From positions 15,501-79,500 of the forward strand of contig CALKOM010000134.1 of assembly GCA_938091905.1 (NCBI GenBank): DNA of 64,000 bases, read 5' to 3'. Shown here piece by piece: positions 1 to 8,632 of the stretch (positions within the stretch are counted from its first letter, which is position 1; the number at the start of each line of letters is the position of its first letter). Position numbers and translations under genes: made by a program. This DNA comes from an uncultured Verrucomicrobiales bacterium (lineage in GTDB: Bacteria > Verrucomicrobiota > Verrucomicrobiia > Verrucomicrobiales > DEV007). Below the pieces are notes generated by a model that had not been told where the DNA came from, made no database searches, and saw only the letters and a program-made list of their open reading frames with translations.

Positions 1-382
1 CCAGGGCAAGCAAGCCCACACCGGGAATCTCTGCAGCCATGGCAGCGTCGTAGAGCAGTTCGTTCAGAGCCTTATTGCCTGGTGAGCTATTGAGTTCGTC
101 CTCAATGGAGCCCAGGGCAGCCACAGGATCACTTTGAACCAAGGGCTTAAGCTTCATTGCGGCCTTCATTGCCGCACCTCCAGAAAGAAGTCCTGCCTTC
201 TTACCTTTGGAATTCGCCATTTGCGCCTTACGCAAAGCACTCCGAGCATCAAGAAACCCAGGTTCGGCTTTCACGATGGGGAGGAGTAATTGCGCTACGT
301 AATCGTAATTCTGAGCCCGCATGGACTTCACGGCCTTGTCCCAGAGGTTCTTCAGATTGGATGGCAGTTCGTTCTCGGTCAT
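1..382 (-). CDS. Helical/TPR-like protein, 5' part only (runs off the window edge)
   Basis: Not in the ORF track. Manual translation from the ATG at 382 gives MTENELPSNLKNLWDKAVKSMRAQNYDYVAQLLLPIVKAEPGFLDARSALRKAQ..., open to position 1, with amphipathic helix-pair character. Confidence 0.7.
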   Translation of the reverse strand, partial: MTENELPSNLKNLWDKAVKSMRAQNYDYVAQLLLPIVKAEPGFLDARSALRKAQMANSKGKKAGLLSGGAAMKAAMKLKPLVQSDPVAALGSIEDELNSSPGNKALNELLYDAAMAAEIPGVGLLAL

Positions 383-572
383 AGTGCTAGTAGGTGATCC
401 TGGTCTCGCTTGGCTTAAAATATGAGGTTCTCAGTCAATTAATGAAGCTTCTATAGACGGCAACTTCTAAATTGCCACGGATTTCAGCACAAGGCTTTCA
501 AGTTTGGCAAGCGCCATTGTTCCAAGCTAATTTCCCATTGCAATCATTGCTGATTCGCGATTTGTTTAGCTC

Positions 573-1028
573 ATGAAACGTCGTCTTCTCTTCCTGCTCA
601 CCATCGCTCTAGCTGTCGGTTGTCTCGGCATGGGTAAGCGGCCGTCAAAGCATGTCGTGTCGTTCCACGTTGAGGCAGATCCGCAGTTCGCTGGGTCCAA
701 ACGGGTCTTTGAATGGCCAGCAGGCACCGGGCATTACTACGATAAATCACCAACTATCCATTACAGGCAGATCCAATCCTTTGCTCCTTTTGATGGGGAT
801 GATGGTGGTTGGGGCGCTGTCTTCCGCCTCACGACGGCTGGGAGAAATGCCCTCCAGGAAATTTCTCAAACGCATTACAGCAAACTCATGCTTTCCATCG
901 TCGCAGGCGAACCACGTTCAGTTACTCGGATTGATCGCTATATCGATGATGGCCAAATCGTCATTTGGGAGAAGCTCAAGCCCGAAGACATGTCTATGTT
1001 CGAGAAGAAATTTGCACAGTTTCAATAA
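573..1028 (+). CDS. Secreted hypothetical protein, possibly SecDF P1-head-like domain
   Basis: Signal peptide MKRRLLFLLTIALAVGC. The segment GAVFRLTTAGRNALQEIS...IDDGQIVI resembles the SecD P1 head subdomain. Confidence 0.55.
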   Translation: MKRRLLFLLTIALAVGCLGMGKRPSKHVVSFHVEADPQFAGSKRVFEWPAGTGHYYDKSPTIHYRQIQSFAPFDGDDGGWGAVFRLTTAGRNALQEISQTHYSKLMLSIVAGEPRSVTRIDRYIDDGQIVIWEKLKPEDMSMFEKKFAQFQ

Positions 1029-2066
1029 ATGTGGTTCTGCGGTGTGAGAAGGGTCGCGTTGGGAATCGCGGCAAGCCTGCTCTTCTGCCTGAGTTCTGCG
1101 CAGGCAGCTAAGTGGATCTTGCCCACGGCGAATCGCTCGCTCTTCACGGGCGACTACGACGACTTCTTCATGTATGTTCCGCGCCACTGGGAAGGGAAAG
1201 ATTACACCGTTTGGCAGGGGGGACAGTATGGTTTTGTTCGCTCGCCGGTGAAGAGCAGAGGGAAAGTCATCTACGCAAAGTTTCATGAGGGCCTGGACAT
1301 CAAGCCAACACGGCGCGACTCGCGAGGGGATCCTTTAGACGTCGTCTGGAGTTGTGGCCCCGGTCGTGTCGTGCATGTGAATCCCATCACCAGCCGTTCC
1401 TCCTACGGGAAGTATGTCGTCGTCGAGCACGTTTGTGAAGATGGACTCTACTATAGTCTCTATGCACATCTCTCCCTGGCCAAGGCCGAAGTCGGTCAGA
1501 CGGTGCGCGCCGGTTCACCGCTCGGGGTCATGGGCTACACTGGACCTGGCCTAAACAGAGAAAGGGCTCACCTACACTTCGAGCTAAACCTTCTGTTAGA
1601 CAGCCAATTCAATAAATGGCACGGCTCCATAGTCAGCACGGGCAATCCTCACGGAATCTTCAATGGCCTCAACATGGTAGGCATCCCCGTGTCCGACTAC
1701 TTCATGGCTTGTCGCGCCCAACCAGGTCTAACCGTGCGCGACTTTCTCAAACGTCGCAAACCCCACTACAAAATTGCCATACCTAAAGACGGCAGTCGTT
1801 TGGAGATTGCTCGACGTTATCGCTGGTTAAACACTGACCGCAGCGCACCAGGCTCCGCCTGGGAAATCAGCTTTGACGGCTCGGGCGTGCCGCTCGCGAT
1901 CAAAAGCATGACACCAAATGTCGGCCTGTCACAGCCTCTCGTGACCTGGGTCAAAGAATCGCCCTATCCCCACAGTTATCAAACTCGCAAGCGGTTGACC
2001 AGTTCCGGCAAGGCCCTAACGCCTCGGGGCCTACGGTTTGTCAACTTGGTCGCCGGACGATTCTAA
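1029..2066 (+). CDS. M23 family metallopeptidase
   Basis: HEGLD (HxxxD), YSLYAHL and HLHFE (HxH) motifs; signal peptide. Confidence 0.9.
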   Translation: MWFCGVRRVALGIAASLLFCLSSAQAAKWILPTANRSLFTGDYDDFFMYVPRHWEGKDYTVWQGGQYGFVRSPVKSRGKVIYAKFHEGLDIKPTRRDSRGDPLDVVWSCGPGRVVHVNPITSRSSYGKYVVVEHVCEDGLYYSLYAHLSLAKAEVGQTVRAGSPLGVMGYTGPGLNRERAHLHFELNLLLDSQFNKWHGSIVSTGNPHGIFNGLNMVGIPVSDYFMACRAQPGLTVRDFLKRRKPHYKIAIPKDGSRLEIARRYRWLNTDRSAPGSAWEISFDGSGVPLAIKSMTPNVGLSQPLVTWVKESPYPHSYQTRKRLTSSGKALTPRGLRFVNLVAGRF

Positions 2067-2157
2067 CGGAGCCCTTATCGCGACTTTCCATAGTCGCTGC
2101 TGCCCCAGGCACTTGTTGGTTACGACATTGGAAAGCCGCACGACAAGAGCCCGGCCC

Positions 2158-3054
2158 CTATGCCGAAGCAGCATTCATCTCAGCCGTTACAAGCGGAATG
2201 CGAGGGTCTTTCCCCGTCCACGAATCGTAGATCCAGGCGTGATCAGGATCATCCGTATTGGCAAGAGACTGGTCACTTCCAGTGAGGAAGTTTAGATAAT
2301 AACAGTGGTAGCCATGCCCTGCGACCACCGGATGATAACCACGCGGCACCATAACGACGTCGTTGGTCCTAGCATAAGCCATCTCATCGAGTTCCCGATC
2401 CGATGTATAGACCTGTTGGATCGCGTATCCCTGCGGCTTCTCGATTTTGTAAAAGTAGGTTTCCTCCAATCGAGCCTCTTTGACTGAGCCATCATCGTTT
2501 AGAAGACGTTCATCATGTTTGTGCGCGGGAAACGAGCTCCAGTTCCCAGACGGTGTGTAAACTTCCACGCTGACCAATCGCTGGCAGTCAAAGCCGGGCT
2601 CGATCAAGCTGTTGATTTGCCTTGTCGCGTTGTCGCCACCGCGGATCTCAATCACCACTTCCTCCGGCGTCTTAAAACGCGCGGGATGATCTTGATCGGC
2701 ATCACACCAACCATAAGCAATATCGAGCAACTCGCTCTCCGCTGTGAGTCGGAATTCGGTATGCCGTGGCAAGTAGAGCGTGTGAGCAATGCCGCTGAAG
2801 ACATCTTTACGGCCGTTCGTCGTTCGCCAAGAATCAGTCTTGGTTTCCACACGATAATTTCCGCTCAGAAGAATGATCCCGTACTCGTGGTCGCCGGTCT
2901 CACCCTCCCAAACGTCGCCTTCCTTCAGGACGCGTGCTCCGAAGTTGAGAAACTCCCAACCCGCCTCCTCCCTCTTAATGCATTGATAGACACCATCGGC
3001 AGCCTGAGGCTGCGGCTTCACCAGGAGAGGATACTTCGGATCGCGATTCAACAT
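2158..3054 (-). CDS. iolB: 5-deoxy-glucuronate isomerase (IolB/KduI family)
   Basis: EVYTPSGNWSSFPAHKHD, LEETYFY and VPRGYHPVVA motifs typical of IolB. Confidence 0.9.
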   Translation of the reverse strand: MLNRDPKYPLLVKPQPQAADGVYQCIKREEAGWEFLNFGARVLKEGDVWEGETGDHEYGIILLSGNYRVETKTDSWRTTNGRKDVFSGIAHTLYLPRHTEFRLTAESELLDIAYGWCDADQDHPARFKTPEEVVIEIRGGDNATRQINSLIEPGFDCQRLVSVEVYTPSGNWSSFPAHKHDERLLNDDGSVKEARLEETYFYKIEKPQGYAIQQVYTSDRELDEMAYARTNDVVMVPRGYHPVVAGHGYHCYYLNFLTGSDQSLANTDDPDHAWIYDSWTGKDPRIPLVTAEMNAASA

Positions 3055-3115
3055 GTTGGCGTCTTAGCGGATCTCGTTCTCCATGGGAATCCCGAAATGA
3101 GAAACTCCAAAGGAC

Positions 3116-4366
3116 TTGCGTCCAGCAGGTTCTTCACCGTTGGGAAAGACCGTGGCCGACCCGAATGTTACCAAGCGCACGTTCCGATTGGAACTGACCC
3201 GCGCGCTTATGGCCGGGGGCATTATCGAGGCCTTCTCCACAACCTTTCTTTTATACTTTCTCATCAAGGTTTACGATGCGAATGATACGCTGAAATCGGC
3301 TGTCATGAGCAGCCAGCGCGGCGGGTTGCTGCTAGGATTCCTCGTCGTTGCCTTCGCCCATCGCTGGCACCAGGCCCCCTCCCGCGTCGCCTCGATCACC
3401 TTCTTCACTGCAGCCATCGCCCTGGCGGTTGCCTCGTCTACCGAGACGGCCACGATCTTTGCCATCAGCATCGCCATCGCCTCGTGCATGTGGTCATGGA
3501 CCCCGCCCCTCGTCACGCAATTCTATCGAGCAAATTATCCTTCGGATCGACGCGGCCGGCTGTTCTCCTTGGTCGCCATTGTGAGGGGGCTCTCTGCCGT
3601 TGTCATTGGCTACGCCATCGGTCGATGGCTCGAGCATGCCGCTCAAACAGGACAAGACCTGCGATTGGTCCTTTGGCTAGCTCCAGCAGCCTTCCTCATG
3701 ACCGCCGTCTTCCTGTGGTGCATCCCAATTCATCCGCAGCTCAAGTCCATGGGGCGCATTCCAAGACAATCCTACTGGGCAGCCTTTCATTGGTTAGGAA
3801 GAGACAAGCGATTTGCGCTCGCCATAATAGCCTGGATGTTCGTCGGGATAGGCATGCTCATGTCAGGCGTCTTGCTCGTCGAGTACCTAGCGAACCCTCG
3901 CTACGGATTGGCCTACGACTCAGGCACGATCAGTCTCATTAGCATTGGCATTCCCACGACCATTCAGTTGGCGACCACTTACGTATGGGCTAGCTGGTTC
4001 GACAAAGTCCGCTTCTTTCGGCTTCGGCTCGTTCTTAATGCAGTCGGAGCGATTGCGGTGTTAGTGATCTATCTCAGTCCTCATATCGGTGGACTTTATC
4101 TCGGAGCAGCCCTGTTGGGTCTCTTCCGCGGCGGCGGCAATATCGCGTGGAATCTCTGGGTAACCAAACTCGCTCCTGAAGACCATGTCGGTGAATACAT
4201 GTCGGTGCATACCTTCTTCACGGGTATCCGAGGTATCCTGACACCGTGGCTCGGCTACTACCTACTAAGAGAACACGGCGTCTCCGCTTTTGCCTGGGTC
4301 TGTTTCGGCTTTGTCATGCTGTCATCCATCACGGTGATCCCACTCCTACGCGATGAGAAGCGATGA
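3116..4366 (+). CDS. MFS transporter
   Basis: About 12 hydrophobic segments, YPSDRRGRLFS loop motif, 416 aa. Start is a TTG and uncertain. Confidence 0.8.
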   Translation: MRPAGSSPLGKTVADPNVTKRTFRLELTRALMAGGIIEAFSTTFLLYFLIKVYDANDTLKSAVMSSQRGGLLLGFLVVAFAHRWHQAPSRVASITFFTAAIALAVASSTETATIFAISIAIASCMWSWTPPLVTQFYRANYPSDRRGRLFSLVAIVRGLSAVVIGYAIGRWLEHAAQTGQDLRLVLWLAPAAFLMTAVFLWCIPIHPQLKSMGRIPRQSYWAAFHWLGRDKRFALAIIAWMFVGIGMLMSGVLLVEYLANPRYGLAYDSGTISLISIGIPTTIQLATTYVWASWFDKVRFFRLRLVLNAVGAIAVLVIYLSPHIGGLYLGAALLGLFRGGGNIAWNLWVTKLAPEDHVGEYMSVHTFFTGIRGILTPWLGYYLLREHGVSAFAWVCFGFVMLSSITVIPLLRDEKR

Positions 4367-4411
4367 GAGATCGTACTTGGCTTAGATTTAGTCGAGAGCT
4401 ATGGTCTCTCA

Positions 4412-5068
4412 ATGAACATTGTTACACAGATTTTACTTATCGGAGCCCTAGCTCTAACGTCAGCTCTCGCAGCTCACCACAAGGACGGTTGGGTTTCCCT
4501 GTTTAACGGCAAGGATCTCAAAGGGTGGACACCAAGGAATGGACTCGCCCACTACCGAATCGAAGGAGACACGATCGTTGGACGGACCACGGAGGGCAGC
4601 CCCAATTCATTTCTTTGCACCGATAAATTATATGGCGACTTTGAATTGGAGTTCGAGGTCAAAGTTCACAACAAGCTCAACTCGGGAGTCCAAATTCGCT
4701 CGCAATCAAAGGATGGTGACGGTCGCGTGAACGGCCCTCAAGTGGAAATCATGGCAAGCAACGAGACCGGAGGCGAATCTGGGTATGTCTACGGCGAAGG
4801 CACGAAGCGTGGTTGGCTCACAACCAAGGATCACCTAAAACGTCACAAAGTATTCAAGGACGGCGAGTGGAACAAGTACCGCATTGTCGCCAAAGGTTCT
4901 CGCATTCAGACATGGATCAATGGCCACATGATCGGGGATCTTACTGATGAACCTATTTACGAGACCCACGCGAAAGGCTTCATTGGCCTTCAAGTGCATG
5001 GCATCAAGAAGGGCACCGGCCCCTACGATGTCGCCTGGCGAAAGATTCGCATCAAGGAACTCCACTAG
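4412..5068 (+). CDS. DUF1080 / 3-keto-disaccharide hydrolase-domain protein, secreted
   Basis: WVSLFNGKDLKGW, NSGVQIRS, GEWNKYRI and GFIGLQVH motifs; signal peptide. Confidence 0.9.
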   Translation: MNIVTQILLIGALALTSALAAHHKDGWVSLFNGKDLKGWTPRNGLAHYRIEGDTIVGRTTEGSPNSFLCTDKLYGDFELEFEVKVHNKLNSGVQIRSQSKDGDGRVNGPQVEIMASNETGGESGYVYGEGTKRGWLTTKDHLKRHKVFKDGEWNKYRIVAKGSRIQTWINGHMIGDLTDEPIYETHAKGFIGLQVHGIKKGTGPYDVAWRKIRIKELH

Positions 5069-5095
5069 AACTGCACGCGATCGACCTTGAGCCTC

Positions 5096-6320
5096 ATGAA
5101 ACAAACCCTCGTTCTTTCCGTTCTTCTAGCAACGGCCCTCAGCGCCCACGCCGAATCGCTGCCTGTTGTCAGACCAGAGACGCTCGGATTGTCTTCTGAC
5201 AAGCTTGCTAGGATCGACGACGTGGTGGAGAAATTCATCGCCAAGAAAGATCTCGCCGGTGGTGTCATCGCGGTCGCTCGACGTGGCAAGATTGCTTATC
5301 TCAAGGCCTTCGGCAAACGCAATCAAGAGACGGGCGAGGCCATGACTGAGGATACGATCTTCCGGATCTATTCCATGACCAAGTCGATGACCACCGCCGC
5401 CGCGCTCATGTTAGTCGAGAAGGGCAAGCTCGACCTCAAGGCCCCCGTTTCCGGCTACCTTCCCGCATTGAGAGAGGTGCAAGGTCGCCAATGGTAGCGA
5501 GAAGGTCGCCCCGAAACGTCCCATGACCGTGGAGGATCTCATACGTCAAACCGCAGGTCTTACCTACGGCCTCTTTGGGGACACGGACGTTGACAAAGCC
5601 TATCAGAAAGCTGGCGTTCTCAATGGTAGCCTGGAGGACATGGGGGCATCGTTAGGCAAACTTCGACTACTCTATCACCCCGGCGAACGTTGGGTGTACA
5701 GTGTGGCCATCGATGTGCTTGGTCGCCTAGTCGAGAAAGCGTCCGGCAAGAGCTTCGGGGACTTCCTTCAAGAACGCCTTTTCAAGCCGCTAAACATGAA
5801 AGATACCGGCTTCCATGTCCCAGCAGACAAGGTTGATCGCTTTGCCGAAAACCACACGATTGGCTTGCTAGTCATCGATCACCCTAAGAAGAGCCGCTAT
5901 CTCAAACCACCCAAGATGGAGTCCGGCGGAGGCGGGCTTGTCTCCACCACCCGCGACTACTTACGCTTCCTTCAGATGATTGCCAACGGGGGCACATTCG
6001 AGGGGAAGCGCTATCTCAAGCAGGAAACTGTCAACCTGATGACCACGAATCAGCTTTCCGAATCTATTCCATTCATTGGCGTTGGCGACGAACGCCCCGG
6101 CCTAGGATTCGGTCTTGGTTTCTCTGTCAGAATTGGGGATTCGGAGTGGAATTCCGGTTCAAGATTGGGCGAGTACGATTAGGGAGGTGCCGCAAGCACC
6201 CACTACTGGATCTCGCCCAAAGATGAACTGATCGTCATCACGATGGAGCAGACCATGCCCTTCAACTTCAATCTCGAATTCGGATTGAAGAAGCTCATCT
6301 ACGACGCAATCGAGGACTAA
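5096..6320 (+). pseudogene. Serine hydrolase (beta-lactamase class C-like), disrupted
   Basis: SxxK motif IYSMTK. An extra base at about 5480 splits ORFs 5087-5497 and 5523-6182; removing it gives REVKVANGSEKVAPKRPMTV. An in-frame TAG at 6180-6182 replaces the W of GEYxWGG, and the frame continues GGAASTHYWISPKDELIV... to TAA at 6320. Confidence 0.85.
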
Positions 6321-7157
6321 CTAGCGACGAACAGCTTTCTGCCACGCCTCGAGACCTTCGATATTCTCTCGAAGGCACTCCTCTGTATCTCGCTCGCTCT
6401 GATGGTCAATAATACCAATGGGTCCATCATAGCCCAGCTGCGCCACCATTTCTAGCAAGCGCGCATCGTGTTTGCCTTTTCCGATTTGAAGGATCTTCGG
6501 TTCCGGCTTGTCGTTCATGCCGTTAAGATTGAGGCAGAGCAGATAGGGCGTCATTAGTTTAAGTGAGTCCTCAATGTCAGGAAGCTGCTCATGGGCATGG
6601 TGAAAGTTGTAAACGATGCCCACGTGCTTCGCGGCGTACTTTTCCCGCAATGCCAGGCAAACAGCCACAAGATTCTTCGGCTCCCCTCCCCAATGCCCGT
6701 GGTTGTAAAGACCTAGCGGACAGCCCAAACTACGCGTCTTCTCAACCAGTGGCAAGAGGGCCTCGACCGCACGGCTGACCTTGATCGCGTCTGTTTCACC
6801 TTCGGGGCTCGGAGCCGTCTGCCAAATCTGGGGTGTGAGTTTGTATTTCTGAAACAGTGAGAATGCCTCTTCATGGGCTCCCCAGAAAGCGAAGAAATCG
6901 ATCCCATTCGCAGCATAGGCCTGGATCTCGGCCTCGAAGCTGGACACGTGCTCGGCACGCCAATCGAAAGCCGAGCGAGTGATTCCTAGCTTCTTGAGCA
7001 TCTTTGCCCGGGCCTCGGGTCCACGCTTGGTGGCGTCAAACGGCACGATGCACCACGCGACGAGGTTCTTCCGGGCAAATCCGGCGAATTCGGCTGCAAG
7101 AGCGGGCGCACCGCTTAAAAGAAAAGCGACCAAGCTGAGACAAAGGGATCGTTTCAT
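6321..7157 (-). CDS. Sugar phosphate isomerase/epimerase-like TIM-barrel protein, secreted
   Basis: Signal peptide; LYNHGHWGGEP and VYNFHHAH motifs of the xylose-isomerase-like (AP_endonuc_2) barrel. Confidence 0.75.
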   Translation of the reverse strand: MKRSLCLSLVAFLLSGAPALAAEFAGFARKNLVAWCIVPFDATKRGPEARAKMLKKLGITRSAFDWRAEHVSSFEAEIQAYAANGIDFFAFWGAHEEAFSLFQKYKLTPQIWQTAPSPEGETDAIKVSRAVEALLPLVEKTRSLGCPLGLYNHGHWGGEPKNLVAVCLALREKYAAKHVGIVYNFHHAHEQLPDIEDSLKLMTPYLLCLNLNGMNDKPEPKILQIGKGKHDARLLEMVAQLGYDGPIGIIDHQSERDTEECLRENIEGLEAWQKAVRR

Positions 7158-7315
7158 CAGGAAATAGGAACACGCTTGCCCCGCCGAACCAAGGTTGCAA
7201 AGTACGCCATCTTGTCACAAATTTCAGGTGAACAAAGCGATGGTCAACCCCGTCTGTAGCCAGCGGCTGTCCGGTTGCATCCTCTGCAGTGGCCGCTACG
7301 ATACACGTATCCTGC

Positions 7316-8197
7316 ATGAAATCTTTCCGTAACTCACTCCTTCTAGCTAATGGGCTGCTCCTAGGAACGATCCAAGCTCAGGAGGCCGTGCCCAGCACCG
7401 CGCCAGAAACCAGCAACCCGGCCACCTTTCTCGAAATCCTTGAGTCGGCAGGTGTCATGCTCTACCCGCTCGCTGCCCTGAGTATCGCGGCCGTCTTTCT
7501 CGTCATCTTCTACCTGCTCACCATCCGCCAAGGAGCGATCGTCAGTGACAAGTTCATGAATGCTGCCGACGCGCTCATTCGAAAGCAAGACTACCTTGGA
7601 CTGCTCGCGGTCTGCAACCGGCACAATGAGTCCATCGCGAGAATCACCGAGAAGACCCTGGATTTCGCGACCAAGAATCCAACCGCGACCTTTGAGGAAG
7701 TTCGAGAGGTTACTGAGGCTGAAGGTACCCGGCAAACTAGTCTTCTTCACCAACGGATCACCTACCTCGCAGACATCGGCAGCATTGCCCCGATGATTGG
7801 TTTGTTAGGCACCGTCGTTGGCATGATCAAATCATTTCGTAGCATTGGGAGTATCACGGTGATGGGAGATAAACAGAATGTGCTGGCCACTGGCGTTTCC
7901 GAGGCTCTGCTCACCACCGCTGGCGGACTTGTAATCGGCATTCCCGCGATGATCTTCTATTCAATTTTCCGCGGGCGCGTCCAACGCCTCATCGCAGAAA
8001 TGGAAGCAGCCGCCACGCACCTCGTGGCATTGTTAGCTGCACAGTATAAGCGGAGCACGGCTTCACCCGTATCCCAACCTGGTGCCAATCCGCAATCTGC
8101 TCAGCAACCCTTTTCTCCCTACCCAACACAGCTTGAGCCTGACTACTTCTCGGAGTATTCGATCAAAGATCGTACGATCGACCCGCAAGGACTCTAA
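7316..8197 (+). CDS. exbB: MotA/TolQ/ExbB proton channel protein
   Basis: IAPMIGLLGTVVGMI and GVSEALLTTAGGL signatures. ATG 7316 chosen over GTG 7289. Confidence 0.9.
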   Translation: MKSFRNSLLLANGLLLGTIQAQEAVPSTAPETSNPATFLEILESAGVMLYPLAALSIAAVFLVIFYLLTIRQGAIVSDKFMNAADALIRKQDYLGLLAVCNRHNESIARITEKTLDFATKNPTATFEEVREVTEAEGTRQTSLLHQRITYLADIGSIAPMIGLLGTVVGMIKSFRSIGSITVMGDKQNVLATGVSEALLTTAGGLVIGIPAMIFYSIFRGRVQRLIAEMEAAATHLVALLAAQYKRSTASPVSQPGANPQSAQQPFSPYPTQLEPDYFSEYSIKDRTIDPQGL

Positions 8198-8206
8198 CAT
8201 AGCACC

Positions 8207-8632
8207 ATGAAGTTCCGGAATACCAACGAGACCGCGCCTGCCACTCTCCAGTTGGCCCCGATGATCGATGTCGTCTTCTTGCTATTGATCTTCTTCTTGG
8301 TCACTTGGAGCTACGCACGTTTCGAGAATGAGCTCGATATCAGTGTCCCTGCTGCGGATGAAAGCCAGGATCCCAAGCGACGTTTCGGAGAACAGATCAT
8401 CAACGTCACCGAGGATGGACGCGTCGTCGTCAACTCAGCGGAAATGGGAGACACCGAATTGTTGGACGCTCTCCAACTCGTGGCCGAACTTCGCCCCGAT
8501 CAATCGATCATTCTTCGTGGGGATCAAGCCGTAGACTACAAGCACATCGTCCGCGTGCTCAACATCTGCCACAAGGCAAAGATTTATAACGTAGCTTTCT
8601 CCACGACGACAAAGCCCTCCGACAATCCATGA
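8207..8632 (+). CDS. exbD: ExbD/TolR biopolymer transport protein
   Basis: LAPMIDVVFLLLIFF transmembrane helix with the conserved Asp; ILRGD motif; follows exbB. Confidence 0.9.
   Translation: MKFRNTNETAPATLQLAPMIDVVFLLLIFFLVTWSYARFENELDISVPAADESQDPKRRFGEQIINVTEDGRVVVNSAEMGDTELLDALQLVAELRPDQSIILRGDQAVDYKHIVRVLNICHKAKIYNVAFSTTTKPSDNP

Noticed and set aside
1026..1031. Abutting in-frame ORFs (TAA ATG) resembling the UGA junction at 59595
   Set aside because: The stop is TAA, the downstream M23 protein has its own signal peptide, and no domain spans the junction.
6180..6182. In-frame TAG as possible pyrrolysine or amber readthrough
   Set aside because: It falls on a conserved Trp (TGG to TAG) in a gene that also has a frameshift, so ordinary decay explains it.
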